Below, in pieces: positions 26,339 to 39,886 of a stretch of DNA of 64,000 nucleotides. Made by a program: the position numbers and the translations under genes. The stretch's first letter is position 1. Every line of letters starts with the position of its first letter. The notes below the pieces were generated by a model. It was not told the DNA's origin, ran no database searches, and was given only the letters and a program-made list of their open reading frames with translations. The DNA is from Sphagnum compactum (Eukaryota), in the NCBI GenBank assembly GCA_965153455.1, contig OZ234493.1:9786213-9850212 (forward strand), in the 5' to 3' direction.

Positions 26339-26820
26339 GAGTGTTGGGCGGGTATCAACTTCTGAACACAGGTACCAGCTGGTGCCTACTGGTGGTATTG
26401 AATAATTTTGAAATTTTCATACCAGCCTGGAGCCCGGTCCTGGTACCTATTGGATCCTTTTAAAAAATTTCATACCTGCCCGGAGCCTGGTCCTAGTACC
26501 TATTGGATCCTTTTTAAAGCTTTCATACCAGCCCGGAGCCTGGTCCTGGTATTGGATGTTTTTAAAAAAAAATTCATACCAGCCTGTTCCTGGTATTAGG
26601 GTCCAAGGCTGATTTTTGGCTGGTACCTATGTGACAAGTATATATGCCTGATATTGAGACTAATATAGTCCTGGTATTAAACTCTCGTATTATCTCAAGT
26701 GCCTACCAGTCAGGTATTGGTTACGAGGTTGGGTATATTGCCTCATGTTATACCCATCTGGCCGGTTCTTTCATACCGAGGCCAGTACTTTGTATGTACA
26801 AGAGTACCCAACCAACACTG
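26339..26820. mobile_element. MITE-like element with imperfect TIRs and internal ~50-bp tandem repeats
   Basis: Left end GAGTGTTGGGCGGGTA versus reverse complement of right end CAGTGTTGGTTGGGTA. The unit TTTCATACCAGCC.GGAGCC.GGTCCTGGTA..TTGGAT occurs three times plus a partial copy at 26414-26600. No clear TSD. Confidence 0.6.
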
Positions 26821-27092
26821 GTCAATACTCAGTACCATAAGTTGTTTGTAGAATGTTCTCATACACTGTCTGGTGCTTCCCTTGTGATCAGACATGAAAC
26901 CCGTTCATCCGGTTAAAACCTAATACAAGGATGCATCCAGTTATCACATGGGATCATGTGCATTGTGTGGTGGCTAAGTAGCCTGAGTATACTGACTGTA
27001 GTTAAGTAGCCTGTGTGTACACTGACTGTAGTTATAGTCGGTGCTTTTTCTTGCGTTTCAAATAATTTGATATTGAAAGAAAGGGGGTCCGG

Positions 27093-27232
27093 CAGCTTTA
27101 ATTTGAACATGATGAATTTTGACAGTTTGAGAACCAAAACTCAAAGAAAATTCAAAGGCGTCCAGCACAGCCTTAATTTGAACATGATGAATTTGGACAG
27201 TTTGAAAAAATGAAAACTCAAAAAAATTCATT
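27093..27232. repeat. Two-copy tandem repeat, period 75 bp
   Basis: CAGC.TTAATTTGAACATGATGAATTT.GACAGTTTGA starts at 27093 and at 27168. Confidence 0.85.
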
Positions 27233-28439
27233 GTATTTTGCATACAGATGGACTCAGAGTTGTACAAAGATACTCTGGGCAAAAGTTTATCAGCCGAAAT
27301 TTTTCAGAGTATCTCTACATGGCACATTGTAAAGTCTAGAATATGTCCTCCGCAAATGGCAAGACATTTTGAAAAAGAAAATGCCCACATGAAACGCCCA
27401 CTCCATTCCATGTTTTGAAACGCCTCACCCTGGAGTGGGTGTCTTTTTTTCAATTGGCCCACCTCTTTTTACTGTATTTTTCCCATGATATCCACCAGGT
27501 ATTATGGGGAATATGAAAATTTTAAAACTTTGTCGGTGCTTTATGCAGGATAGCACCTTGGATGGGTGCACTCCCATTAAAAGCCCCTTGACTCCATCCC
27601 TCTCATTTATTTTAAGAACACCCTACTCTTAGGTATTACCTTATTACACTTGGAGTAGCTCCTCACATGCCCTGTACCTATTCAGTGGGCCATCAACAAT
27701 ATTTCTCACACTGAACATATGGTTTCTCAAGCCTCACCCCTAGACATGAAAACTGAGATTATAAAAGGTGAAAATATATTAATAAAAAACCACTTGGACC
27801 TATTATTCCATACAAGCAATCAAGAGAAATTATTAAACTATGGACATCATGTGCTAAAATATTGGCCCAAAGCCATTTTATTACCCCAAACCAACATCAG
27901 CTTTATATTATTCTTCATCCAAAACATATCGTGCCATGTGCCAAAGGGAATGCTCTTCCTACAACACAAGGTTGTGATCTCAAAGCATGAGTTTTTGGCC
28001 AGGATAGTGTAATGTGAAAATTTAATATTTTTCTCCAAACTTCTCTTGGGGAATTTCTTTAATGTCAAAGTGCACCGACCATATGGTATATTTTGTGTAA
28101 GGAAAAGCTTGGGATTGGGCCCGATGGCATGCTCAAAATAAAAGGGCCTAGGGTGAGGCAGTCGTCAAGTCCAGGCTTATGGTTTGGGAATGTCCCCGAC
28201 TGTGGGGCCTTGCACACAATATAGCAAGAGGCAAAGCTTCCTATAAAGTCTAAACAACTAAGGGTACACTATGAGATTTCTCCAAGTGCTCAAAGGAAGA
28301 CCTAGACATAGAGCACCCTTGGGAAATGCGCATGAGTGGAGTGAGTCTGTAGATATGGGTTTGTAGTTTGAGATTGCACACCCTTTTATAATGCACACCT
28401 GCTATAGAAATGAATAATGTACATTAAGGCATGTCTTAT

Positions 28440-28663
28440 GGTGCATTCACACTTTGCTGTTAAGTCAGTGTTAACTGAAAATCTAGGTGGCATCCTAGGT
28501 GGCACCCAATGTCAAATGGGTCATAGCTTAACCTTAAGTGAATGTTAGCTCAACCTTAAGACGAATGTAAAATTTTCATGGTAACTAGGTTTAAGTCCTA
28601 AATGGCTAGCATGGTGTTAGGGGACTCAACCTTAGAGTCCCTTACACCAAGTGTGAATGCACC
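28440..28663. mobile_element. MITE with perfect 15-bp TIR
   Basis: GGTGCATTCACACTT at 28440-28454 and AAGTGTGAATGCACC at 28649-28663. TTA/TAA-type flanks, 224 bp, non-coding. Confidence 0.75.
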
Positions 28664-30336
28664 TTAAAGTAGAAATCTTACAATTGCTGTATATTACCAG
28701 AATAGCCCTCAACACTACTGAGTTGAATACTGTACCTATGACTAATATTCGGCATTTTTTGCTGAATATTTTATTAGAGTTAGAAAATGAGGTGAGGCAG
28801 TTTCAAATTTAATTTTCCAGAATTTCAACATATGAGGAACAACTATGCAAAGTCCACCTCTTGCTCTGTATTTGTAATAATAATAACCCAATAATAAATA
28901 GTATTTCCCTTTTTGGGAGTTTGATTCTCAACAATTTCAGCAAATGGTTATAAAATTTTGCCATTTTTCAACTAGACCTTTTGTGAATTATTTTGCGCCA
29001 AAAATCAGTTGTCTCTGTAAGGTGTACTCATGCAAATTAAAGAACATGCACATTGGTTCTGAACTGTTCTTTGTGTAGGGTAAAGTCTTAGAGTGTGGGC
29101 ATTCCCAAAATAAGCAGAGGGGAAAGCCCTGCTATAGGGCAGTACGTACTGCCCTGGAACAGACGGCAGAGCCTGAAGTCTAGCATAAAGCTGGATGAGT
29201 TCCCTCTTTTTCTCAACAGTGAAAGTTCGGGCACTAATTTTCAATGGTCACGATCTCTGAGATATGATGTTTGATGCCTCAATTTGTGAGTGAACCAACC
29301 TCTTTTGCTCTTTGCAAGAAATGAATGCTTAGTTTCTTCTTGAGGATTTCTTCTTCCTTTCATGCCCTCCCCATTAGTTGGATCAGGATTGGAAAATTTC
29401 TCTCTTGTACATTGGCCTACATAAATTTAGGTCTAAAGTTCTAAATAGTTAGTTTTTGTTGCACATATGTTGTATATAAGATGTGCATGTACTTACTCAC
29501 CCTATCTTTCAAGTTTGACTTGTAACAGATTTTTGAGTCTTAGTTTAAGTTGTAATTGTTTTCAAAGCCTAAGTAGAATTCTTGTTGGATATCAGTTTAG
29601 TCACCATCTTTTGAAAGGGAAAAAAAAAGGGCGAAAAGTCATGTATTAAAAAAGGATGTTACAATCCTGCATGAGGTTGCAATTCCATATGTGTTGCTCT
29701 TTCCCATTTCTAAGCTTCCCTTTAAATACGTTAGAAAATTTCTGGTAGGTTTTTAATGTATTAATGGGAAAGAAAAACATGTATGCAATAAACTGGGCTC
29801 ACACCAATAAATTTGACAACCATTTACACATAAGTATGTTTTTTTTTTTTCTGGGGGTCTCTTCTGGCACTTCTTGGCATATCTATTGGCTCTGCTCCTT
29901 GTGCCAACTTTGGCAAAGTTCACACCAGAAAAATGTAAAAATATGAAATGTTTCATGAAGTTCACAAAAGAAAAAATGAACTCAGAAACAAACACTTGAT
30001 GAGCAAACCTAAAAATGTGAGAGACATGTGGAGACCAAATGAAATTTACATCGATCCCTGGTCTAACCCTTACAGGCAGGATTGCCAATCAATTGACAAT
30101 CATTCACACGTAGGTGTTTTTGTTTCTTCTTCACATGGAAATGGACACCTTAATTTCTTGTGTTGAGCATTCAATGTTTGAAATGTACACTATTGTGAGC
30201 ACCTGGCTCCCCTCACAAGTCCCCCCCGCCCCCCAACCTTCTTCAATGCTCATAGGTTCAAATCTCTAGTTATTAAATCAATCCTCTTGGAAATGTGCAA
30301 TACTTGCCCACATGGTCATGAACTTGGTACCTGCAC

Positions 30337-30610
30337 CAGTGGTTTTTTTAAACAAATTTCTGGTTGTAGCTAAAGTGGCGATCATCCCTAGGAAGATTTA
30401 GCCAAATCTGGCTATAAACCAAAAGTAAAAGTACACTTCTTTAATCATCCTTCTAGATGTCTCGCTACACAATGACAACCACATGTATGAAATCTTGTGA
30501 ATTTTTTTTTAAAATTCTCACTTCTGGCAATGAAAACCTTTAAAATTACTTTTTTCTAAATTTAATTTCTCATTTTGGCGATATATTGCCAGCAAAAAAG
30601 AAGGATGATC
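30337..30610 (+). mobile_element. Dispersed non-autonomous repeat, TAGCCA-N4-TGGCTA family
   Basis: CAGTG plus T-run start, then TGTAGCTAAAGTGGCGATCATCC..ATTTAGCCAAATCTGGCTATA. Homologous to copies at 39581, 53720 and 54128 and reverse copies at ~39000-39245 and ~56460-56700. Confidence 0.7.
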
Positions 30611-30859
30611 TGCACCCATTTTCGCCAGAAGAGTACGCTCATAATCCTTCATCTTTAGAGGGTTGGAAATTTGGATGTTGTTGGGTGCAAAGATGTAATT
30701 CCACATTCCTTCTTTAAAACAAGAACCATTTCTTTTGAATTTTGGCTTATTGACTCTGATATGACCAAGAAGCCCATCTGGTGATCACATTGTTGGCCAA
30801 CTAAGCATGACACTGTATCTAAGTTTTTTCTTAAAGAAACTATAGGTTAGGAAGGAATC

Positions 30860-30862
<3 letters not shown>

Positions 30863-30892
<30 letters not shown>
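30863..30892. repeat. (GA)n microsatellite
   Basis: Pure AG run. Confidence 0.95.
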
Positions 30893-30895
<3 letters not shown>

Positions 30896-31698
30896 GTGAT
30901 GGATGACATAATTCAACAAAAATACTTTTGAAACAATGACCTAATTGGCCGATCCATATAATTCCTAATACCTACTCTCATGCTTCACTAATACTAATTC
31001 CTAATGCTCCCATATTTGACTAATACTAATTCCTAATACTCTCTCTTGGCAGTGAGTAATTTTGTCTGATGTTCAGGTGAAGAATCAAGACACCATTTCA
31101 TTGTATTGTAGCTAAACCAAGAGGGATGCACTAAATCCAACATGGTGTATCAAACTTTGAAGTCCCTGAGCACTGCTGGCAATTCAAGTCTTCATTAAGA
31201 TGGGGGATGGACTAGTGTAGGATTTGCACTAATTACATCAAGTCTCTCTATCCATTTGTAAAGCCTATCTTCTTCCCAAACTGGAAAACGCTTCTTCAGT
31301 CATGAATTTTGCAATTGTATTAAGCTGGCCTTGCTTAAAGGACAGAGTAATAAGTTCATTTTGTGCAGGGAAGGAAACAGGGTTCTTCAGTCAAACAGGC
31401 TTTGACTAGAGTCAAAGTTTTGTTATTAGAAACCAAAAGAACTTTGTACTGTGGTTACCTATCTAGTTTATGAGGAGGCTATATGAGCTCACTTTTAAAA
31501 TACTGGATTGCTGGTGAAGCCACGTGGCTTGTCCATATTTGAAGTCTCAAACGAAGTCTTGAGACATCTTGCGACCTGGTTCATTTTTTCAATCTATCAC
31601 TGCCTATCAATGGTCAGGTGTCAAATTCATGTCCAAAAGATGTGCTTCACTTGTCAAAAGATGAACTTCAAAAAAATGAAGACATGCATTGATTTTTT

Positions 31699-31729
<31 letters not shown>

Positions 31730-31756
31730 CAAATGAATTTCAAAGAAATTTAAGCC

Positions 31757-34085
31757 TAGGGGTGTGAACCAGCCCTTTAATTCTGGCAAACATTTGGCAA
31801 AAAGCACTATAAATTTTTGTACGGCAACAAGCATATGTAAAAAAATAGTGAAAAACATAAGTAGCCAGAAAACCTAAAAGGCATCCGGCATTGGAGCCAT
31901 GTTGTTTTACGTGTAGTGAACAACATCATTGTGATATTTCAATCCACCATTGATTGCCATCGCCATGTTCTCCCATCATCACCATAGGATATTGCTAGCG
32001 TGTCACATCACCATTGTAGGATATCACCATCTGGTCCCATCCTCACCATAGATGTAGTTAGTTCATCTCATCCGTCAAATAGGGTTTAGGGTTTAATGTC
32101 ACCATTTAGTTTGTCGAGACTCAATTGTTTATCACCATAACTTCATGTCTGTGAGGAGAGCTCATCGCCTCATTGTCACCTAGTACATTACACTAGAGCC
32201 TAGTACTACTAGTGCGTGCTATGAAATTTATTTGGTAGGTTGATTCATAGTTCCTTTGGATTGCTTCCAAACGTTGTTGATGTTTGGTTTCCTTGTAAGT
32301 GTGCAATGGACTCACAAAGATATTGATTTTCTTGTTGCATATGCCTAGAGCAATAAGAACTTCTTCTATGGATGGAACTATTTGTTCTTTTGAAATGGAC
32401 ATGGTGAAAGAAATATGAAAAATCAAAACTTCGAAAAAAGTTTGGTAATTCGCAACCTCTTGAAAACTTTTACGTTTGAAGTAGAAGGGTGATCCACACT
32501 CGACTTCCACAATTTTTTTAAAAATAAATAAATAAATAAAATGATTATAATGACAACAAGAATAGATGTAAGCTTGATGAGAATCTGTTCAAGCTATCAT
32601 GGACATGAAAAATTACAAGAATAGAAACTAAGCTAAAGACAAAACAAGGAAAACAAATCATAAGAAATGCAAGCCTAAATTTAATCCAAGAATGGAAACA
32701 CAAAAACACAAGGCAAAAACACAATATATGCTAAAAGATGATTCAAATGGAACTTTATTCTGATGATGTATGAAAACAAAAGTTAAGACAAGTAAGTGTA
32801 CCCAAAACTGGTGTTGAACATATTGAAGGTAATGGGAGGTCCTACCCTTATTTATACCCCATTAGGGACCTAGTTCAAGGAAGTTTTTATAGAGGCTTCC
32901 ATGTGTGCACCGATCAAGAAGCTTCCTAACTAATAGTGAATTAGGAGTTAACTAATAGTTAACGATGATGCAAGCAATGATGTAGGTGACTATGTTGGTG
33001 TAAACAATGATGCGAACGACAATTTTGATGCAAGCGATGATGAAACGACTATGTTGATGTAAGCGATGAATGATGGTGGTGTCCATGACATCATATGATC
33101 GCACAAGGAAATTTCAACTTATGTGGGGTGCAAAGCTCCTTTAAGGGCTAAAGGTGTTCTGGCTACTAATGGGGTGCTTCATAATGTGAGATGCAAGGTC
33201 TACACCACAATTGACAGGAAACCTTATTTACTTGCTCCCAAGTTGGATATTTTGATGAAACGTGAGGGTAGGAAGAAAGCAGAAAAGGATTTGCTAAAAT
33301 TCAACGTCAAAAAAGGTGAATGGTATAACATCAAATCTTGCAAACATAAATAAAACCAAACTTTGTTTTCTACCAGAGCACCTACAACTATTTTACAATA
33401 GGTCAATAAGAACACCCATTTGGAGCTGGAGAGGAAAATAGTCTAGTTTGCAACCTTGTTTCAAATCTTAAAAACTAACCATCTTATGGTGGAATATGAA
33501 AAAAGGAAGTCTCTCTACTCTTTCCTTGGTGTGCCTAAGAACCTTAAAATGCACTAAGGTTTGACTCTTTTTGTTGGGTTATGACTGAATTCATGTATGC
33601 CCAAATGACTAACAAAATTTTGGGAATTTTTTGTGCTTCTCATTATGTGGCTTTGAATGTGACGAGGTGAGCCCCATTGATAACGGGAGATAAATTTCCA
33701 TACATGTTTATGTGATGCAAAATTGGGTGAGACTTCCCATGATGATCTCTCTTCAAATAATTGTTTATGGAGTAGGAGTTGATAACCTCACTATTGTCAT
33801 CATGGAGGCCTTACAAAATAGTGAAGGCTTAAGTTCTACTGTTGTAGCTAAGAAGCTACTTTGTTTTGGGGCTGATGGGGTAAGTACATTCAAGGGGTAT
33901 TAAAACTGGGGTCATTAAAAAAACAAACACAAACTATGCACCTTTTTCCATTGGGGTTCATTGCATGGCTCATAAACGTAATCTTGCATTCAAGACATTG
34001 TCTACCCTGGGAATAATTAGTAGCATTGAGGATTTGTTATAAAGCTGCCATGCATATTTTGCTCACAATCCAAAGAAGCACCTTG
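31757..34085 (+). mobile_element. Degenerate hAT-type (ZNF862-like) element interrupted by a solo LTR
   Basis: TAGGGGTG start at 31757 resembles a hAT terminus. From 33094: YDRTRKFQLMW..VRCKVY..LAPKLD..DEVSPIDN..KKLLCFGADGVSTFKG..GVHCMAHKRNLA. GADG and HCxAHxxNL are hAT-type motifs. Truncated near 34085. Confidence 0.75.
32551..33093 (-). mobile_element. Solo LTR (543 bp)
   Basis: Begins TG (32551) and ends CA (33093). Flanks TATAA and TATGA form a 5-bp TSD with one mismatch. TATAAATA on the - strand near 32850. Removing it rejoins ..AAT GAT to TAT GAT CGC ACA AGG of the transposase. Confidence 0.7.
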
Positions 34086-35339
34086 TCCAATAACATTCAT
34101 AGCATAAAAATACAGTGAGTTACAAGTGGTCATTCCAACTCAAAAATTAAGTGCAAGGCCAATTGCAAAACATCCTTTTTGTTCACATTGTGGTCTACCG
34201 TTTGGGGATAATTTGTTTTTTTTATACTACTTCTAACCATATGTGTCAATGGAGAGGTTCCCAACTTGTAGTCATTTTTTATTTGCTTAGTGGGAATTGC
34301 CCTTTGGTTTCACACAATCCATCACAATCATTGTGTAATCAATAAGTTTTGTTGGTTTTTACAACTTCAATAAAAAATTGTTTCTTAAATTTATAACCAT
34401 ACATTTCCAACTTATGTGGAATTTAGGGCACATTAAATTTGGTTGGTGTCATGTTTATTATGTAGCATTTTGCATGAGGTGTTGACATAATAAGAGTGCC
34501 CAACTTGCATTCTTTGTAAGGTTGACTTGTAGTTGTATGGTATAGTTGAGAGACAATTGAGCCAACGTTGCAACAAATACATTAGTCCTTTCAACTACAT
34601 TTCATCCATCCAACTAACATTTATCATCCATCTTTATGTTTTGTGACTCACCAAAGTAATTGAACACAAGACTCATGAAGTTAACACACTTCAAGAGGCA
34701 TGACCATAGGTTATGTCATTTTCCTAGTCAATGTCTCAACCATAATTCAACTATAAAACTTATAGGTGCTAAAAATATTCTATGAATGACCCCTTAGTTT
34801 ATATTTACTTTCAATTCTCCACCAAAAAATACAAAATTCAACTTATTTGGTAGCCCCAAATTATTCTTTAATATTTAAAAAATTCCAATCGAAAATGTAA
34901 TAGAAAATGACATGTAGTCAAAAGCGGTTGGTTGAAAAAGGGGATTTATTACTCGTGATTTTTTTCCAATAAGTTATGAAAGGTCGCAAAATCAATTTCA
35001 TTTGTGAATTTTATACTCATGGATAAAGTTTAATGCATCATTTAACAACCAATGGCCCCTAGATTGGTTCAAAATAAAAAGTAGATACAACAAAGCCAAG
35101 GGAATCAACAATAAATTGATATATGTGCCATGTCTATGGAGGTGGTACTTTTGCAATCATTTTCATTGAATTTTTCTTGCTATAACATAGTATTATATCT
35201 TTTTTAAACTACAAAGTTTCTTGGACAATGATAACTTTATTAGCAAATCTACAAAAGCAAAAGAAAAAATTTGGACTATTTATGGCAAAAAATTCAAAAA
35301 AAATGTAAACATAAAAAATTCAACAAAAATAAAAAATTT

Positions 35340-36400
35340 ACCTTGTTTTCACTATAGTATTCAATTTCCTTGAAGGAAGACCTGAATTGACACATGCCTT
35401 GTTCCATTATTGCCTACCTTTTTAAAAAAAAATTGGCCTAGTTATGCATTTCTACAAATCTCCTTGGGTTGTATTGATAGATACATATCTTAGGCCTTTG
35501 CAAAAGTTTTCATCTATTGTTGCATATGAACATGCTTTAGAAAATGCACAACCAAAACATGTTTTTTGAAAACTTTCTTCCAAACCCAACACATCACAAC
35601 TTATAATTGATTTTAGGGTTGTAGTCATAATATTCAAATTATATCCCTCATCCTTGACATAAGCAACAATTTTCCTCCTCAATTCATAAATGTCCAATAA
35701 TTTTGTTAAAATTTTTACCCAAAGTTTGTCCTCTAATATTTATTACCTCAAAAAGGCCAACGGTAATGTATTTTGGCTACCAATTAGCCCTTTAAAAATT
35801 GATCACTAATGCAAAAATATCATGTCCACCTTTTGACATACACAAATCAAAGCTTGTAGTTGCAAAATGGCATTTTATTAAAGTTGGCAAAACATACAAT
35901 TGATTTTTTTCCCATTAAACCGGTCAATAATTCTTGAAAAAACTATGTTCTTGAAGGGAAATTTTTTTTTGGACACAAATGTATACTAAATTGATTCAAC
36001 CAAATACTTTCCACAACTTGCAAACAAAGATGGGTTTTGATAATTAAAAATCCAAGATCCTCCAAAAATTGTTTTGGTTGCGGATCATTTTTCTTGAAAG
36101 GTTATTTTGCAACAAAAGAAATTGGATATGGAATTGGCAGACATATTTGATCTTTTTTTTGCAGTTTGTTTTTCATCTTCCCTCAAAGGATTGTTGTTTT
36201 ATTCTTCAAATTAAAAAAAATTTAGAATGGTCAGCATTTACATGTTTTCTCAATGCAATTATATCATTAGTTGTGTTATATATGATTAATCCTCTTGCTT
36301 GAGTTTTTGGATTTAAATTCAAAACTAGATTATTGTAACAAAAAATACAACACATGACTTTGAGGAGTTATTAGATCAAATTCTTTGTTATCAATAACAC
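35340..36400 (-). mobile_element. Degenerate DNA-transposon (hAT-like) transposase remnant
   Basis: ORF 35452-35697 KIVAYVKDEGYNLNIMTTTLKS..CFGCAFSKAC, with upstream ATTSFDLCMSKGGHDIFALVINFLKG. These resemble hAT DDE-domain motifs. Family assigned by recognition only. Confidence 0.65.
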
Positions 36401-36949
36401 ATTAAAATGCCCAACATAATGCATTTACGTAATTGGGTATAATCTTTGTGCATGTAACTTTTTCAATTGTTTTTTTCATTTTTTCCTCATTATTTTATGG
36501 ATTTCTATTTCCTTCTATTTCGACACTTCCATTTTTTTCAAGTTCTTACAATGGTTCATCTTTTATTTTTATTTCATTTATGATTACATCATATGTATTT
36601 TCATTTTTAGAGGATTTTTCTATGTTTAATTTGAAGTTACAAATTATTGTCTTGATGAGTAACAAAAAAACCAAACAATTATATGATCTATCAAAATTAG
36701 CATTTACAAGATGAAATTTATTTCCTAAACATTTACAAAACAATATACAATTTGTAATGGAATTTTGTAATGAAATGTATAGGAAAATAAAAATATTAAA
36801 AAATCCTTAAAAAAAGACTAAATTTAAAATAAAATAAAACAAAAACAAAAAAGATTTAAAAAATAATTCACCTCAAAGGTTTGTTGGTTAGTTTAATGCT
36901 CCAAGCTGCATAGGGTGGAAGGGGGAAAATACCAAACTAACACTAGGGA

Positions 36950-37560
36950 AATAAGAACACCACCAACACAAGAATAACAACAACCAACAGTTGGGCCAAA
37001 AGGTACTTGAGCACCAATGCAAGAAGATTAGAAACACCATGCAAGAAGAGCATTAGTGCCAACATGACAAGAACAACACCACACGATAAAAGTAGCAGTA
37101 TCATGTGACAAGAGCAATAATACAAAGCAAAAAGAGTAGCAACACAACATGGGAAAAGTAGCAAGACCATGCAAGAAGAATAACAAAACCAACATGAAAA
37201 AAATAGTAGCAAAATGTGAGAAAAGTAGCATGAGGAATGTGACAAGAGCAACAACACATACGCAATAAAAACAACAAAACCACACAAAAAGAACATTAAC
37301 ACCAATGTGAAAAAAAAAATGCCAATGAGAAATAAACAACACCAATGCGGCAAGAGTAGCAACACCATGCGAGAAGAGGAGCATGACCATGAAAAAATAA
37401 CAATAACACCAATGTGAGAAAAACAAAACCCACTCAAAAAGATCAGCACCCATCTGAAAAGAACACCAACATGAGAAGAATAACAACTACAACCCATGAA
37501 GAACATCAACATACAACACACAAGACACTTGAAAAAAAAAGAAACAACGCACTTGAAAAA
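36950..37560. repeat. A/C-rich degenerate short-unit repeat (AAGAGTAGCAACACCA-like)
   Basis: Recurrent AAGA(G/A)(T/C)AGCAACACCA..TG motifs. They generate spurious hydrophobic ORFs on the - strand. Confidence 0.7.
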
Positions 37561-38599
37561 AAGGAACTTAAACTCTTTTTATAATTGTTCCCCTAACCCT
37601 AAATAGCACCTCCGTCTCCTTAACCCAAGGCTACTATTTAGGAACCTTAATTTGGCACATGACCTTAAGAATCGAATGCAAGTTCTATGAGGGAACCTGT
37701 CCAGTTCTCGTGACCAGCTCTCATTCATGTGAAAACTTAAAGGTTGGTTTTTACTTTGGTTCTCACATGTAATGAGTTGAAAACTGGGTTGAAAATCAAG
37801 TGAACATTTGAAAACCGCCAAACATTGATCACTTCACCCCTCCACACATGCGAGTTTCCTCCTGAAGGCCAAGCAGTTCAAAAAACGAAATGTCCACTAT
37901 CAAAATTTTCCCTCCCTTGGGTATCATGGGTTAAAAATGTCAAAAGAAGAATTGGCTCAGGTCTTTATGCTCAGTAAAGCTCTAGGCCATGAGCTTTACC
38001 GAGTTCAGACCTGTGCTTGGCTCCACCTCAGGTGAGCCCTTATTCCAAAAAGCCAACTGCCTCAGGCTTTACCTTACATGACCATTTACCTAAAAATACA
38101 GGCAAAAAGACCAGGCATATATGGAAAAACACCTTTGACTTCCACAAGAGACAAAAGAAAGAACTGCTAAAGGGCGAGAGTACTCAGTGAACCAGTAGCT
38201 GACACCCACCAGTCCAACAAACATGCTGGATGGATGGATCCCGTTGTATTCCTGTCCCATAGCCCACCAAAGTGGTTAGCTATGTACTTACTACTAAACC
38301 ATTCACATGTACAATGCACAGCCTGCCTTGAAGGCAGACTTCACAGGCAATTTTCCTTCAACCCCTGCAGCAGCAGGAAAACAAACAAATTTGACAACTT
38401 ATCATTGCAATGGGAATGAGGTTAGGCACCAGAAAGTGATTCACTGGGCCAAGCAAGGAACAGTCAGAGAACGTAGCATGGACCAGTTTGAACACTTTGA
38501 ATTTTAAAATTATAGGCTGCTCATCAAAGGAGAAAGAAAGGAAAAAAAAAAATCATTCTGTCAAAAATTTCAATCACCTAGTTATGTTCATTTTAATAT

Positions 38600-38895
38600 A
38601 TCAGTCAGATAAAGGGTGAATATAAAATTTCAAAAAAATTATCAGCCAGATAAAGGGTGAATATAAAAATTTTAAAATATATATCAGCCAGGTAAAGGTA
38701 AATAGTTTTTAAAAAAAAATTCAAAACTGGGTAATGGTATAAATGGTTTGTAAAATTATCAATCTTGGTAAGAGTAAAGATAATTGATGAACATTTACCC
38801 TATTTGTAGGTTAAGGGTAAGGGTAAATATTTCATCATTTACCCTATGTATATCATGCAAATATACCTACGTGAGTAAATAAATGTAGGGTAAAA
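38600..38895. repeat. Short direct and inverted repeat cluster (GGGTAA/TTACCC), probably a TE subterminal region
   Basis: TATCAG.CAGATAAAGGGTGAATATAAAA occurs twice plus a third partial copy at 38599-38700. Multiple GGGTAA and TTTACCC motifs follow. Confidence 0.55.
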
Positions 38896-39580
38896 TTGGC
38901 ATTTACATCAGTATGGCACATTTCAAAGTGAAGAAAGACAAGTATTTAATTGGCGTTGCAAATATAAACACGTGTCAAAAAAATTGTGAATTCTTTTGCA
39001 CTATTGTGAAATCTGAAAATGAGTTGAGACACTCTCAAATGCTTTTTTGGGAAATTTTTCAAAATTTGACTGAAAGAGTAGGGGAAAAAAAAAGCTGAGT
39101 TCATCACATTTAGACTTTGTGATCCTATAGGTAGATAGAAAGTAGCCTATTCTAAAAAACTATTAGCTTTTTATCTATCTTGTAGCCAAACTTGGCTAAA
39201 TCCTCCTATGGATAATTACTAATGTGGCTACATAACAAAATTGAAAAAATTAAAATTGATGAAAACATGAAAATTTGAACATCCTATAATTTTTAAAAAA
39301 TCAAATCAATCACTAGCATTAAAAATATATTGAAAATGTTGTTATAATGCAAAACTAGTAAAATTTAAATGGGTTACATGAGCACATGATAAGAGTTGTT
39401 TCAAGGTTATTAAAGTGATGGTAAAAACATATAAAGCATATATATATATATAATTCATCATAATTCAAACAAATCCATTGTAACCACATGCGTTGCAAAA
39501 CATGAAAATGCACATACGATCAATAATGACCTTGGCATATACCCTCCATTTACACTCTTCAAAACAATTACCCCCTGTTG

Positions 39581-39886
39581 CAGGGTTTTTTTTTTCTAAT
39601 TTTGTGATGTAGCTGAAGTGGAGATCATCCATAAGAAAATTTAGCCAGATTTGGCTACAGACTAGATCTGAGAGTAGGAAAAACACAGAAGAATCCTTCT
39701 ATATTCTTGGTTACCTACTGGAACTTATCATAAAATTCTGGCGATTTGGAAATTTTTTTGGGTGGAAATCTGGCGAATTTCGGCCATTTTCTTCCATGCA
39801 AAAAATTTAACTTATTGAAATCCTTTGTGTAGGTCGAAACCATATTTTTTTCAGGTCGAAATTTCGCCCAAAAAAAACAAACACTG
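39581..39886 (+). mobile_element. MITE-like copy of the TAGCCA-N4-TGGCTA family with both ends
   Basis: Ends CAGGGTTTTT and AAACACTG. Core TAGCCAGATTTGGCTA at 39642-39657. Flanks CCCCTGTTG and ACTCTGTTG may be an eroded TSD. Confidence 0.7.

Noticed and set aside
36943..37521. 192-aa hydrophobic ORF resembling a membrane protein
   Set aside because: Translation of an A/C-rich degenerate repeat; several frames are open for the same reason.
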